Below are positions 63,655 to 64,000 of a stretch of DNA of 64,000 nt, piece after piece. This DNA is from the human T2T-CHM13v2.0 reference genome, Homo sapiens. A program made the position numbers and the translations under genes. Numbering within the stretch: the first letter of the stretch is position 1; the number at the start of each line of letters is the position of its first letter. The notes below the pieces were generated by a model. The model worked only from the letters and a program-made list of their open reading frames with translations, searched no databases and had not been told where the DNA came from. The DNA lies in the NCBI RefSeq assembly GCF_009914755.1, contig NC_060940.1. One strand, 5' to 3'.

Positions 63655-64000
63655 TTGAGTTTAGAAAACCCTAAAGGCTCATCCAATAAGCTCCTAGAAT
63701 TCATAAATGAATTCAGTAAAGTTTCAGGATACAAAATCAATGTACACAAATCAGTAGCACTGCTATACACCAATAGGGACGAAGCTGAGAATGAAACCAA
63801 AAACTCAATCCTCTTTACAATAGCTGCAAAAATAAATAAGTAAATAAGCAAATAAATAAATAAATAAAATACTTAGGAATATGCCTAACCAAGGAGGTGA
63901 AAGACCTCTGCAAGGAAAATTACAAAACACTGCTGAAAGAAATCACAGATGACACAAACAAATGGAAACACATCCCACGCTCATGGATGGGGAGAATCAA
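63655..64000 (+). mobile_element. L1 (L1PB-like) ORF2 fragment running off the window, with an internal (AAAT)n
   Basis: [38 protein letters not shown] is L1 ORF2 RT-region peptide. Confidence 0.92.

Overview
Primate (human-like) non-coding genomic DNA, intronic or intergenic, dominated by interspersed repeats: about 30 Alu/FLAM copies, L1 fragments of several ages, MIR/L2/L3 relics, MaLR/ERVL/ERV1 solo LTRs and DNA-transposon relics (MADE1/Hsmar1 TIR, Tigger2-type, MER20, MER5, a Charlie-type transposase remnant). I can support no functional protein-coding exon, and almost all ORFs in the track are Alu, L1 or microsatellite artefacts. The one gene-derived feature is a full-length processed pseudogene of somatic cytochrome c (minus strand, ~61956-63214). 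It has an open frame, a 3-codon deletion and ancestral, non-human residues. I see no new gene system. The most unusual signals are fossil DNA rearrangements: (1) a ~410-bp segment at 29.2-29.6 kb re-inserted 2.9 kb downstream in circularly permuted order (A-B became B-A), as expected from re-integration of a small extrachromosomal DNA circle; (2) a second local non-tandem duplication dropped into an L2; (3) an L1 3' end inverted relative to its own poly(A) tail and TSDs; (4) a tailless Alu fragment with a 14-bp TSD; (5) a chimeric Alu with an apparent long duplication. Repeat subfamily names are recalled from consensus sequences, and most boundaries are approximate.
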